64,000 nt of DNA. Source: Candidatus Aminicenantes bacterium (GTDB lineage: Bacteria > Acidobacteriota > Aminicenantia > Aminicenantales > Saccharicenantaceae). Location: NCBI GenBank assembly GCA_963725825.1, contig CAVSAI010000029.1, forward strand, positions 54,185 to 118,184, given 5' to 3'. The first letter of the stretch is position 1, and each line of letters begins with the position of its first letter. The position numbers were made by a program, and so were the translations under genes. A model generated the notes under the pieces. It was not told where the DNA came from. It did not search any database and worked only from the letters and a program-made list of their open reading frames with translations. Shown one piece after another: positions 46,757 to 57,328 of the stretch.

Positions 46757-48342
46757 AGCGACCTCCTCCGGACCCAGACGGAGATCCCCAGCAGCAGGAC
46801 GGCGAGGGGCAGGATGACGATGCTGACGAGGAACAGGAGCCGCCCCTGGGAGGGCGTCAGCTGGATCGTCCTCGGCGCTTGGGTCTTGGGCTGGATGGCG
46901 ATGAGATCGGATTCCTCTGTCAGCCAGTTGACCACGTTGAGGAAGAAATTGCCGTTCCCGGACAGGCCGTAATAGCGGTTCTTGACGAAGTCGGAGTCGC
47001 CGATGACGGCCAGCCGGGCCTCCCTCTCGGACGCCTCGGCCTTGGCGGCCGTTTCGGCCGGGGCCGGCTCGCCCGGCTTGGCAGGTGTCGAGGCGCCGGC
47101 CGCGGGCTTGGTCTTGAACGACTCGACCGCGGCCAGGCCAATCGGTCCCTGCCTGTCCTTGGCCGCGTTGAACTTGGCCTCTTTCTGGTCGAGCTCCCGC
47201 TCGGACCAGGAGTTGGGGCTCGTCTTGGCCAGCTCGGTCAGGGTCGCGCCCTCGGGCTTGGTATCGGAGATCTCGACAGAGCGCGCATAAGGAAAGAACG
47301 TCGCGTAAGAGAATTTTGAAGTGATGGGGTGGGGCTCATAGGCGCTGACGACCGGCATGAAATAATCCCCGCCGAGGAGCCGCGACACCGTGTCGACGAC
47401 AATGTCGTTCTCGAGCTTGAATCCATAGCCCGCCAGGAACGCGGGCAGTGTCGTGGCCGTCTCCGGATCGACCATGAAGAGGCAGCGCCCGCCGTCCGTG
47501 AGATAGGTCCGGATCGTCTCGTATTCATTCGGCAGGAGGTCCTTCTGCGGGCCTGGAACGACCAGCAGGGCGCAGTCCTTGGGGAACCGGTCGGCCAGAG
47601 CCAGGCTCTGTTTCTTGACCTCGTAGCCGAGCTTTTCGAGCTCGCCCTTGACCGTCGAGAAGCCGTTGTCTCCCGTTTCGTCGATGGACTCCTCACCGTG
47701 GCCCTCGAGGAAGTAGATGACCTTCTTCTGGGTGCGGGTGGCCTTGATCAGGGCGTTGGTGACGTCTTCCTCGGTCGTCGTCGTGATGCGGCTTTCCTTG
47801 TCCCCGGCCTCGATGACGGTCGTCCCGTCCTGGGTGATGCCATAGCGCTTGACCAGGCCCGGGTTCTTGTCCGGGTCGATGAACTCGTAAGAGATCCGGG
47901 GGGAGTGGTAGGCGTAGATCTTGAGCAGGCTTTCCATGGCCGCCCGGCCGGGGTTGCCCTCGCGGAAAAAGCCCTTGAACGTGATGTCCGTTTTGAGGGC
48001 CTTGAGCACGGTGACCGACTGGTCGGACAAGCTGTGGAGCTTGGCCGCCGTGAAGTCCGCCCGATAGTTGTGCTTGGACAGGAAATAGTTGGCCAGGCCG
48101 AGGATGGCCAGGACGAGTACCACGACAAGGACAAGGTTCCCCGAGTAGAGGAGGGATCTGCGCTGGAATCTCCGCCTGAGCGCGTCCCGGTTGAGGACGA
48201 TGTAGGCGAAAATGGCGATCAGGCCAAGGACCAGGGCGCCCAGGGCGAGCGACTTCTTTTGCGGCCAGACGATCCAGCCGATGAGTCCGGCGGCGATGAG
48301 AACCAGAGCGGCCGTGTTGAGGTTCTTCTTCAAGGCGTCCAT
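46753..48342 (-). CDS. GldG-family ABC-transporter auxiliary protein
   Basis: N- and C-terminal TM segments and the characteristic size (529 aa). Located downstream of the ABC-2 permease and ATPase genes. Confidence 0.65.
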   Translation of the reverse strand: MDALKKNLNTAALVLIAAGLIGWIVWPQKKSLALGALVLGLIAIFAYIVLNRDALRRRFQRRSLLYSGNLVLVVVLVLAILGLANYFLSKHNYRADFTAAKLHSLSDQSVTVLKALKTDITFKGFFREGNPGRAAMESLLKIYAYHSPRISYEFIDPDKNPGLVKRYGITQDGTTVIEAGDKESRITTTTEEDVTNALIKATRTQKKVIYFLEGHGEESIDETGDNGFSTVKGELEKLGYEVKKQSLALADRFPKDCALLVVPGPQKDLLPNEYETIRTYLTDGGRCLFMVDPETATTLPAFLAGYGFKLENDIVVDTVSRLLGGDYFMPVVSAYEPHPITSKFSYATFFPYARSVEISDTKPEGATLTELAKTSPNSWSERELDQKEAKFNAAKDRQGPIGLAAVESFKTKPAAGASTPAKPGEPAPAETAAKAEASEREARLAVIGDSDFVKNRYYGLSGNGNFFLNVVNWLTEESDLIAIQPKTQAPRTIQLTPSQGRLLFLVSIVILPLAVLLLGISVWVRRRSL

Positions 48343-48345
48343 GTC

Positions 48346-49112
48346 CTATCTCCAACGCCGCGACTGGATGACCGAGTGGGCCAGGAACAGGCCGAAAAAG
48401 GAGAACGTCAGGTAGTAGACAATGTCCTTCGTGTCCAGGATGCCGCGGGTCATGTCCTCGAAATGTCCGGAGAAGGAGAGATAGCCGAGGACCGTCCTCC
48501 AGCTCCCGCCTCCGGTCGAGGTGACCCAGTTGAGGACGAGGAGCAGGAGCAGGGTGACGACCGTCAGGAAGGCGGCGACGATCTGGTTCTCGGTGAGGGA
48601 CGAGAAGAAGAGGCCGATGGCGATGAACAGCGCGCCCATGAGGAAAAGGCCCAGATAGCCGGTGAGCCAGGGCGCGAGCTCGGGATTGCCGTAGGTGAAG
48701 GCGAAGATGGACAGGAGGGCGGTCAGCCCGAGCATGATCGTCCACATGACCAGAGCGGCGATGTACTTGCCGAGAACGATCTCGCCGACCGAGAGGGGCG
48801 AGGTGAACAGGAGCTCGTCGGTGCCGCTCTTCTTCTCCTCCGCCAGGAGCCGCATGGTCAGAAGCGGGGCGACGAGGATGAGAATGACGGTCATGTTGTG
48901 GAACAGGGGCGAGAAAACCATCTCGTTGATGTTGACCTGCTGGGCGTAGTAGGGGTTTTGCATCATCTGCATGGCCGCGGCGTTGAACCACGAGATCAGG
49001 CTGTAGAAGAAGAACCCGACCAGCAGGAGAAAACCGGCGATGACGACGTAGGCGATGGGCGAGCTGAAGTAGGCCCGCACTTCCTTTTTGACGAGAGACC
49101 AGATGTTCCTCA

Positions 49113-49113
<1 letters not shown>
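48346..49113 (-). CDS. ABC-2 type transporter permease (GldF-like)
   Basis: Start MRNIWSLVKKE. Six TM helices. The start overlaps the ATPase stop (TAATG). Confidence 0.75.
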
Positions 49114-50033
<920 letters not shown>

Positions 50034-50085
50034 GTTCACCTCCGCTATAAGGTTCTCGAACCACCGACCGGCCGGGGGCGTTGCG

Positions 50086-52032
50086 TCACATGCGCTCGGG
50101 CGGGGGGATGCCCATGAGCCCCAAGGCGGCGTGAAGCTGCTCCCTGACCGTCCGGAGGACCAGGAGCCGGAAGGCGCGGACCTCCAGGTTCTCTTCCGCG
50201 AGGATCGGATATTTGTGGTAATAGCCGTTGAATTTCTGGCACAGGAGGAAGGCGAATTTGGCCAGATGGGAGAATTCGAGGGCGGCGACCGACCGGAGAA
50301 CCTCCTCTTCGAGAGAGGCCGCCGTTTGGATGAGGTCCCAGAAGTCGGCCGTCTCTTGGTCGGAAAGCCCCGCGGGGACAAGGGCCGCGCCGCCAGCCGG
50401 CGGAACGATGTCGGCTTCGGCCAGGCCAAACCGCTCCTGAAGCTTGCGGAAGATGCTGGCCAGCCGGACCGCCGTGTACTGCAGGTAGGGTCCGGTTTCG
50501 CCCTCAAAGCTCAGGGCCTCCTCGAAATCGAAGACGATGACCGAGTTCCGGGCGAACTTGAGCATGAAATAGCGCAGCGCCCCCGTGGCGATCTCCCTGG
50601 CCGTCTTCCTCCGCTCGTCCTCGGCCCGGTCCGGGTCCCGCTTCTCGATCTCGGCCAGGGCCTTGGCCTCCAGCCGGTCGAGGAGGTCGTCCGCCTTGAC
50701 GCCGAGCCCTTTGCGGCCCGAAACCTCGAGGAAAGCGCGGTCCTTTTCCTCGTCCGACGCGGCGTAGCCGAGCTCGCTCAGGCTCTTGGGCGACAGCGCG
50801 ACCATCTCATAGGAGAAGTGGACGGACTTGGCCGCCTGGGCCTCGAACTTGAGCGAGCGCAGTCCCTGGACGACGACCTTCTGAAGATAGGACTGGCGCG
50901 TGTCGATGACGTTGTAGACCTTGGTCGCCCCGCCGAAGGCCGGAAAACCCGAGGTCGGGTTCGGGGTCGAGATCCACAAGGTCCGCCCGTTCTCTTCGGC
51001 AAAGGGCTCATAGAAGAAGTCGCGGCCGAGCAGGCCGAACTTCCAGAGCTGATAGGCGATGTCCTTGCCGACGTAGGTCACGGTGCCGTCCGACCGGACG
51101 ATGACCTTCTCCCGCTCCTCGTCCTCCTCGAGGCGCATGACCCAGCAGCCTTTGTTCTCGCCCTCGGCGGCGAGATAGATGGCCTGCCTCCCCTTGAGGA
51201 GCTCGAAGGCCTTGTCCCAGAACTTCAAGTGGAGGATAGTGCTCTCGCACGGCAGGACGTCATAAAAGACGCCCAGCCGGGTCATCGTCGCCAGGTGGGC
51301 CTTGACGACGCGGCGCGAGACATAGCGGGACAGCCCGTATTCGGGATCGAGGCCGTGCTCGATCCTCTTCATGATGTCCGACTTGCGGGCCTGGGCCTCG
51401 GGGTGCCCGGCGAGATAGGCGGAGACCCGGGCATAGAGGTCCCAGCAGTAATAGTCGAACTTGCCGGGCAGGCGCTCAAGGTCCTCGACGGTCTTCCTCT
51501 CGAGCTCCATGAAGCCGAAGACAACGTCGACCACCTGGACGCCGGTGTCGTCGATGTAGTTCTGGACCTCGACCTTCTCGCCCTTGTAGCGCAGGCAGCG
51601 GGCCAGGGTGTCGCCGAGGCAGGCGTTGCGGAGATGGCCGATGTGGGCCGCCTTGTTCGGGTTGATGTTCGTGTGCTCGATGATGATCTTGCCCTCTTCG
51701 GGGGCGAGCGAGGTCCGGCCGGCCGTGCGCACGGCTTCGGCCAGAACGGCGCCTTTATCGAGCCAGATGTTGAGGAAGCCGCCGCCGGCGACCTCGGCTT
51801 TGGTGATGCCGTCGACCGAGGCGAGGAGGGGAGCCGCCTCCTGGGCGATCACGCGGGGGGCCTTCTTGAGCTTCTTGGCCAGCTGAAAGGGGAAGGTCAG
51901 GGCCAGGTCGCCCATCTTCGGGTCCGGCGTCGGGGTCATGTCGAGGTCCATGAGGGCAACGGGGAAGACGGCCTTCAGCCGCTCGTAAATCGCTTCTTTT
52001 AAACGGGATTTAAAGGCGATCATAATTGGCAA
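50086..52032 (-). CDS. argS: Arginine--tRNA ligase
   Basis: HIGH-like motif (NPNKAAHIGH), DALR anticodon-binding domain, C-terminus ...PPERM. Confidence 0.95.
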   Translation of the reverse strand: MPIMIAFKSRLKEAIYERLKAVFPVALMDLDMTPTPDPKMGDLALTFPFQLAKKLKKAPRVIAQEAAPLLASVDGITKAEVAGGGFLNIWLDKGAVLAEAVRTAGRTSLAPEEGKIIIEHTNINPNKAAHIGHLRNACLGDTLARCLRYKGEKVEVQNYIDDTGVQVVDVVFGFMELERKTVEDLERLPGKFDYYCWDLYARVSAYLAGHPEAQARKSDIMKRIEHGLDPEYGLSRYVSRRVVKAHLATMTRLGVFYDVLPCESTILHLKFWDKAFELLKGRQAIYLAAEGENKGCWVMRLEEDEEREKVIVRSDGTVTYVGKDIAYQLWKFGLLGRDFFYEPFAEENGRTLWISTPNPTSGFPAFGGATKVYNVIDTRQSYLQKVVVQGLRSLKFEAQAAKSVHFSYEMVALSPKSLSELGYAASDEEKDRAFLEVSGRKGLGVKADDLLDRLEAKALAEIEKRDPDRAEDERRKTAREIATGALRYFMLKFARNSVIVFDFEEALSFEGETGPYLQYTAVRLASIFRKLQERFGLAEADIVPPAGGAALVPAGLSDQETADFWDLIQTAASLEEEVLRSVAALEFSHLAKFAFLLCQKFNGYYHKYPILAEENLEVRAFRLLVLRTVREQLHAALGLMGIPPPERM

Positions 52033-52142
52033 TCATTATAGCAAAAAGTGTTCAGAGGGCAAGCTCGGTCGGCGCACAGCGGACTTGCGGGTGGCCTCGA
52101 GTTGTGATAATTTTGGGATTCGTTTCGAGAAAGGAAGTCACC

Positions 52143-53234
52143 ATGAAGAAGACACGCTTCAACGAGCTTCACAAGAAGCTCGGCGGCAAGATGATCGAAT
52201 TCGTCGGCTGGGAGCTCCCGGTCGAATATTCGGGCATCATCCCCGAGCATATGGCCGTGCGGACGAAAGCCGGGCTCTTCGACGTCAGCCACATGGGCGA
52301 GGTCCTGGTCACAGGCAAGGACGCTCTGGCCTATGTCCAGTGGCTGACTCCGAACGACGCCGCCAAGCTCGTTCCCGGCCAGGTCCAGTACACCGCCCTG
52401 ATGACCCCGGAGTCGACCTTCGTCGACGACATGCTCGTCTACTGCATGGGGCCCGAGGAATATTTCCTCGTCGTCAATGCGGCCAACGACGACAAGGATT
52501 TCGCCTGGATCGCCGGCCACACCAAGGGCTTCGCGGTCAAGGTCGAGCACCAGAGTGACGCCTATTCCCAGCTCGCCCTCCAAGGCCCGCTGGCCGAAAA
52601 GATCCTCCAACCTCTCACCGACATCGACCTGGCCGGAATGAAGTCCTTCCATTGGGCCAAGGGCAAGGTCGCCGGCAAGGCCTGCCTGGTCTCGCGGACG
52701 GGCTACACGGGCGAGGACGGCTTCGAGATCTACACGACGGACCCGGACCCCGGCATCGTCTGGACGACCCTCATCGAGACCGGCAAGCCGCTGGGCCTTC
52801 TGCCCATCGGCCTCGGCGCGCGCGACACCCTGCGCCTCGAATCGAAGCTCATGCTCTACGGCAACGACATCACGGACAAGACGACCGTGCTCGAAGCCGA
52901 CCTCAAATGGATCGTCAAGCTCGAGAAGGGCGATTTCCTCGGCAAGCCTGTCATCGTCAAGCAGCTGGCCGAAGGATTGACCCGTAAGCTCGTCGGCTTC
53001 GAATTGGCCGAGCCGGGCGTTGCCAGGCCCCACTATCCCGTCTTCTACAAGGACCGGAAGGTGGCCGACGTCGCCTCGGGGACCTTCTCGCCGCTGCTCA
53101 AGAAGCCCATCGGCCTCGTCTACCTGCCGATCGACGGCACGGCCGTCGGGACGGAATTCGAGGTCGAGATCCGGGGCAAGAGAACCAAGGCCCGCGTCGT
53201 CCCCACGCCCTTCTACAAAAGGGCCAAGAAATAA
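52143..53234 (+). CDS. gcvT: Glycine cleavage system T protein (aminomethyltransferase)
   Basis: Start MKKTRFNELH with RBS gaaaggaag. Typical GcvT motifs (GLFDVSHMG, TGYTGEDGFE). Confidence 0.92.
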   Translation: MKKTRFNELHKKLGGKMIEFVGWELPVEYSGIIPEHMAVRTKAGLFDVSHMGEVLVTGKDALAYVQWLTPNDAAKLVPGQVQYTALMTPESTFVDDMLVYCMGPEEYFLVVNAANDDKDFAWIAGHTKGFAVKVEHQSDAYSQLALQGPLAEKILQPLTDIDLAGMKSFHWAKGKVAGKACLVSRTGYTGEDGFEIYTTDPDPGIVWTTLIETGKPLGLLPIGLGARDTLRLESKLMLYGNDITDKTTVLEADLKWIVKLEKGDFLGKPVIVKQLAEGLTRKLVGFELAEPGVARPHYPVFYKDRKVADVASGTFSPLLKKPIGLVYLPIDGTAVGTEFEVEIRGKRTKARVVPTPFYKRAKK

Positions 53235-53260
53235 CGAGTCCAATTCCCTAGGAGGCACGT

Positions 53261-53647
53261 ATGTACCCGAACGCTTTCCGTTACACCAAGGACCACGAAT
53301 GGATCAAGGTCGAGGGCGATGAGGCCGTCGTCGGCATCACCGATTTCGCTCAGAACCAGCTCGGCGACATCATTTACGTCGAGCTGCCGGCCGTGGGCAA
53401 GGAGCTGGCCGCCCACCAGTCGCTCGGCGTCGTCGAATCCGTCAAGTCCGTCTCCGACGTCTACGCCCCTGTCCCCGGCGTCGTCACGGCCGTGAACGAG
53501 GCGCTGGCCCAGACGGCCGATCTTCTCAACAAGGACCCCCACGGCCAGGGCTGGATCGTCCGCATCCGGATGAAGGACAAGAAGGACGTCGAAAGCCTTT
53601 TCCAGGCCGGCGACTACGAGAAATTCCTGGAGGGGCTCGAACACTGA
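53261..53647 (+). CDS. gcvH: Glycine cleavage system H protein
   Basis: VESVKSVSDVY lipoyl-lysine motif. 128 aa. Confidence 0.95.
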   Translation: MYPNAFRYTKDHEWIKVEGDEAVVGITDFAQNQLGDIIYVELPAVGKELAAHQSLGVVESVKSVSDVYAPVPGVVTAVNEALAQTADLLNKDPHGQGWIVRIRMKDKKDVESLFQAGDYEKFLEGLEH

Positions 53648-53678
53648 GGCCGCGGCCGGCCTGATAGGGGATCCTCCC

Positions 53679-55025
53679 ATGAGCTATATCTCTCTCAGCG
53701 ACAAAGACAAGGCCGAGATGCTGGCCCGGACCGGCGCGGCCTCCGTGGACGACCTCTTTTGCTGCATTCCCGAGGCCGTCCGGCTCAAAGGGCTGCTCGA
53801 TCTGCCCGCGGCCCAGTCGGAGCTCGAGCTCGTCCGGACCTTCGACGCTGTCGGCGGCAAGAACGCCTACGGCGGCCACCTCTCCTTTCTCGGCGGCGGG
53901 GCCTACGATCACTTCATCCCGACGGTCGTCGATTACCTGAGCTCGCGCGGCGAGTTCGTCAGCCCTTACACGCCCTACCAGCCCGAGGTCAGCCAAGGCA
54001 CGCTCCACCTCATGTTCGAGTTCCAGACCCTGGTCTGCCAGCTCACCGGGCTCGACATCGCCAACGACTCCCTCTACGACGGATCGACGGGCGCGGCCGA
54101 GGCCGTCCTGATGGCCCACCGGGTCACGAGCCGGAACAAGGTCCTGGTGGCCCGCTCTCTCCATCCGCAGTACCGTGAGGTCGTCCGGACCTACATCAGG
54201 AACCTCGGCATCGAGGCGGTCGAAGTCGGGTTCGGCCCCGACGGCCGGATGGACGCGGCCGATCTCGGCCGCTCGCTCGACGACAAGACGGCCGCCGTCG
54301 TTTTCCAATCTCCGAACTTCTTCGGGGTCGTCGAAGACGTCCAGGCCCTCTCCGACGCGGCCCACGGGGCCAAGGCCCTCTCGGTGGCTGTCGTCGCCGA
54401 GGCCCTGTCCCTGGCCCTCCTCGAGGCCCCGGGGAAGCTCGGGGCCGATATCGTCACCGGCGAGGCCCAATCGCTCGGCCTTCCGGTAAGCTTCGGCGGG
54501 CCCTACCTCGGCTTCATGGCCTGCAAGAAGGAATTTCTCAGGCAGATGCCCGGACGGATCACCGGCCAGACGGTCGACAAGGAGGGCCGGCGGGGCTTCG
54601 TCCTGACGCTGTCCACCCGCGAGCAGCACATCCGCCGCGAGCGGGCCACGTCGAACATCTGCTCGAACCAGGCCCTCTGCGCCCTGAGGGCGACGATCTT
54701 CATGGAGACCATGGGCAAGCGGGGGATGAGGGAGCTGGCCTGGCAGAACGCCCAGAAGGCGGCCTATGCGGCCGACAAGCTCGGCGCGGTCCCCGGGGTG
54801 AAAAGGAAATTCACCGGGCCGGTGTTCAATGAATTCGCCGTCGAGCTCTCCAAGCCCTGGGCCGCGGTCGACGCCGCGCTCCGGGCCAAAGGCATCGTCG
54901 CCGGCTACGGCCTCGGAGCCGAGTATCCTGAGACCGGGAACGCCGCCCTCGTCTGCGTCACCGAGATGCGGACCAAGGACGAGATCGACCGGCTGGCCCG
55001 GACGCTCCAGGAGGTCCTGTCATGA
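53679..55025 (+). CDS. gcvPA: Glycine dehydrogenase (decarboxylating) subunit 1
   Basis: SPYTPYQPEVSQG...LYDGSTG motifs. Confidence 0.92.
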   Translation: MSYISLSDKDKAEMLARTGAASVDDLFCCIPEAVRLKGLLDLPAAQSELELVRTFDAVGGKNAYGGHLSFLGGGAYDHFIPTVVDYLSSRGEFVSPYTPYQPEVSQGTLHLMFEFQTLVCQLTGLDIANDSLYDGSTGAAEAVLMAHRVTSRNKVLVARSLHPQYREVVRTYIRNLGIEAVEVGFGPDGRMDAADLGRSLDDKTAAVVFQSPNFFGVVEDVQALSDAAHGAKALSVAVVAEALSLALLEAPGKLGADIVTGEAQSLGLPVSFGGPYLGFMACKKEFLRQMPGRITGQTVDKEGRRGFVLTLSTREQHIRRERATSNICSNQALCALRATIFMETMGKRGMRELAWQNAQKAAYAADKLGAVPGVKRKFTGPVFNEFAVELSKPWAAVDAALRAKGIVAGYGLGAEYPETGNAALVCVTEMRTKDEIDRLARTLQEVLS

Positions 55026-56479
55026 TCAAAGAGATCCGCGAACCCCTCATTTTCGAGATCAGCGCGGCGGGCAAGCGGGCGTCCGAGCTGCCTCCGCTCG
55101 ACGTCCCGGCGAAGAAGGACCTGCTGGCCGGAGTGGCCCTCCGCCGCGAGATCGGGGATTTCCCCGAAGTCTCCGAGACCGAGATCACCCGGCACTTCAC
55201 CCGGCTTTCGACAAAGAATTATTGCGTCGACATGGGCCTCTATCCGCTCGGCTCCTGCACGATGAAGTACAACCCCAAGATCAACGAGCGCCTCGCCGCC
55301 CACCCCGCGTTCGCCGGCTCGCACCCGCTTGCGCCGGCCGACCTCGTCCAGGGGAACCTCGAGGTCCTGAAAAAGCTCGAGACTTTTCTTTGCGAGATCG
55401 CCGGCATGGACGCCTTCACCCTCCAGCCGGCGGCGGGCGCCCACGGCGAGCTCACCGGCATGATGCTCATCCGGGCGGCCCTCGAAGCCCGGGGCGACGC
55501 CCGGAAGTACGTCCTCATCCCGGACTCGGCCCACGGGACCAACCCGTCCTCGGCCCACATCTGCGGCTACACGGTCAAGGAGATCAAATCCAACGAGAAG
55601 GGCACGATCGACCTGGCCTCGCTCGAAGAGGCCATGACCGAAGAGGTCGCCGCGCTCATGGTGACCAACCCCAACACGCTCGGCGTCTTCGAGTCCGACA
55701 TCTGCCGCATCGCCGAGATCGTCCACGCCAAGGGCGCCTTCGTCTACATGGACGGGGCCAACATGAACGCCCTGACCGGCATCGTCCGGCCGGGCGACAT
55801 GGGCGTCGACGTCATGCACATCAATCTCCACAAAACGTTCTCGACCCCGCACGGCGGGGGAGGCCCGGGCTCCGGGCCGGTGGGCGTCAAGAAGGAGCTG
55901 GCGCCCTTCCTCCCCGTCCCGGTCATCATGGAAAAGGCCGGGCGGTACACGCTGGACTTCGACCGGCCCCGGTCGATCGGCCGCGTCCGGGCCTATTTCG
56001 GCAATTTCTCGGTCGTCGTCCGGGCCCTGTGCTATATCCTGACCCTCGGGCCCAAGGGCGTCCGGGAGATCGCCGAGTTCGCCGTCCTCAACGCCAACTA
56101 CATCCGCAAGAGCCTCGAAGGGGAGTACTACCTCAAGTACACCACGGCGTCGATGCACGAGTGCGTCTTCTCCGACAAGTTCCAGAAGGAGTTCGGGGTG
56201 ACCAACCTCGACATCTCCAAGAGGCTCATCGACTACGGCATGCACCCGCCGACGATGTCCTTCCCGCTCATCGTCCACGGCGCCCTGATGATCGAGCCGA
56301 CCGAGACCGAGAGCCGCCGCGACCTGGACCTGTTCATCGACGCCATGAAGGCCATCGCCAAGGAGGCCAAGGAGAGCCCCGAGATCCTCCACGAGGCGCC
56401 TCACGTCACTTATGTCGGCCGGCTCGACGAAGTGGCTGCCGCCAAGTTCCCGGTCCTGCGCTGGGAGAAGAAGTCCTAG
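55022..56479 (+). CDS. gcvPB: Glycine dehydrogenase (decarboxylating) subunit 2
   Basis: NLHKTFSTPHGGGGPG PLP-lysine motif. 4-nt overlap with gcvPA. Confidence 0.92.
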   Translation: MIKEIREPLIFEISAAGKRASELPPLDVPAKKDLLAGVALRREIGDFPEVSETEITRHFTRLSTKNYCVDMGLYPLGSCTMKYNPKINERLAAHPAFAGSHPLAPADLVQGNLEVLKKLETFLCEIAGMDAFTLQPAAGAHGELTGMMLIRAALEARGDARKYVLIPDSAHGTNPSSAHICGYTVKEIKSNEKGTIDLASLEEAMTEEVAALMVTNPNTLGVFESDICRIAEIVHAKGAFVYMDGANMNALTGIVRPGDMGVDVMHINLHKTFSTPHGGGGPGSGPVGVKKELAPFLPVPVIMEKAGRYTLDFDRPRSIGRVRAYFGNFSVVVRALCYILTLGPKGVREIAEFAVLNANYIRKSLEGEYYLKYTTASMHECVFSDKFQKEFGVTNLDISKRLIDYGMHPPTMSFPLIVHGALMIEPTETESRRDLDLFIDAMKAIAKEAKESPEILHEAPHVTYVGRLDEVAAAKFPVLRWEKKS

Positions 56480-57328
56480 ATGTCCGTCCAGGACCTGATC
56501 CTCGGTCTGCACCGGTTCTGGGCCGGCCAGGGCTGCTATCTGGCGCAGACCTACGACGTCGAGGTCGGCGCCGGGACGATGACCCCGGACACGTTCTTCC
56601 GCGTACTCGACAAGCGCAGCTGGCGTGTCGGCTATGTCCAGCCTTCAAGGCGTCCCGACGACGGGCGCTACGGCGAGAACCCCAACCGGGTCCAGAAGCA
56701 CTTCCAGTACCAGGTCATCATGAAGCCTTCGCCGGCCGCGATCCAGGACATCTACGTCCAGAGCCTGCGCTCGCTCGGCGTCGTTCTCGAGGACCACGAC
56801 CTCCGCTTCGACGAGGACAACTGGGAATCGCCGACGATCGGCGCCTGGGGGGTCGGCTGGCAGGTCCTGCTCGACGGGCTCGAGATCACCCAATTCACCT
56901 ACTTCCAGCAGTGCGGCGGCATCGACCTCGCGCCGGTCCCCGTCGAGATCACCTACGGCCTCGAACGGCTGGAGATGTTCCTCGAACAGAAGGACGACAT
57001 CTACGATCTCGACTGGTCGGCCGACGTCAGCTACCGCGACCTGCGGCTCCGCGAGGAAAAGGAATTCTCCGAATACAACTTTACGGCCGCCTCGGTGACC
57101 ATGCTCCGCCACGCGTTCGCCGCGAGCCACAAAGAGGCGGGCCGGCTGATCGCCAAAGACCTCCTCTTGCCGGCGTACGACATGTGCCTGAAGTGCTCCC
57201 ACAGCTTCAACCTGCTCGATTCCCGCGGGGCCGTCAGCGTCACCGAGCGGGTCAAGATGATCTCCCAGATCCGCGCCCTGGTCAACGACATCGCCCGGCG
57301 ATACACCGGCGGGAAGGACGGCGCCTGA
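56480..57328 (+). CDS. glyQ: Glycine--tRNA ligase alpha subunit
   Basis: Highly conserved GlyQ sequence ([27 protein letters not shown]). Starts the nucleotide after the gcvPB stop. Confidence 0.95.
   Translation: MSVQDLILGLHRFWAGQGCYLAQTYDVEVGAGTMTPDTFFRVLDKRSWRVGYVQPSRRPDDGRYGENPNRVQKHFQYQVIMKPSPAAIQDIYVQSLRSLGVVLEDHDLRFDEDNWESPTIGAWGVGWQVLLDGLEITQFTYFQQCGGIDLAPVPVEITYGLERLEMFLEQKDDIYDLDWSADVSYRDLRLREEKEFSEYNFTAASVTMLRHAFAASHKEAGRLIAKDLLLPAYDMCLKCSHSFNLLDSRGAVSVTERVKMISQIRALVNDIARRYTGGKDGA

Noticed and set aside
52033-52142. Expected glycine riboswitch upstream of gcvT
   Set aside because: The leader is only about 110 nt and lacks the conserved aptamer motifs (GGAGAG...ACCGAAGGGGCAA). No riboswitch is called.
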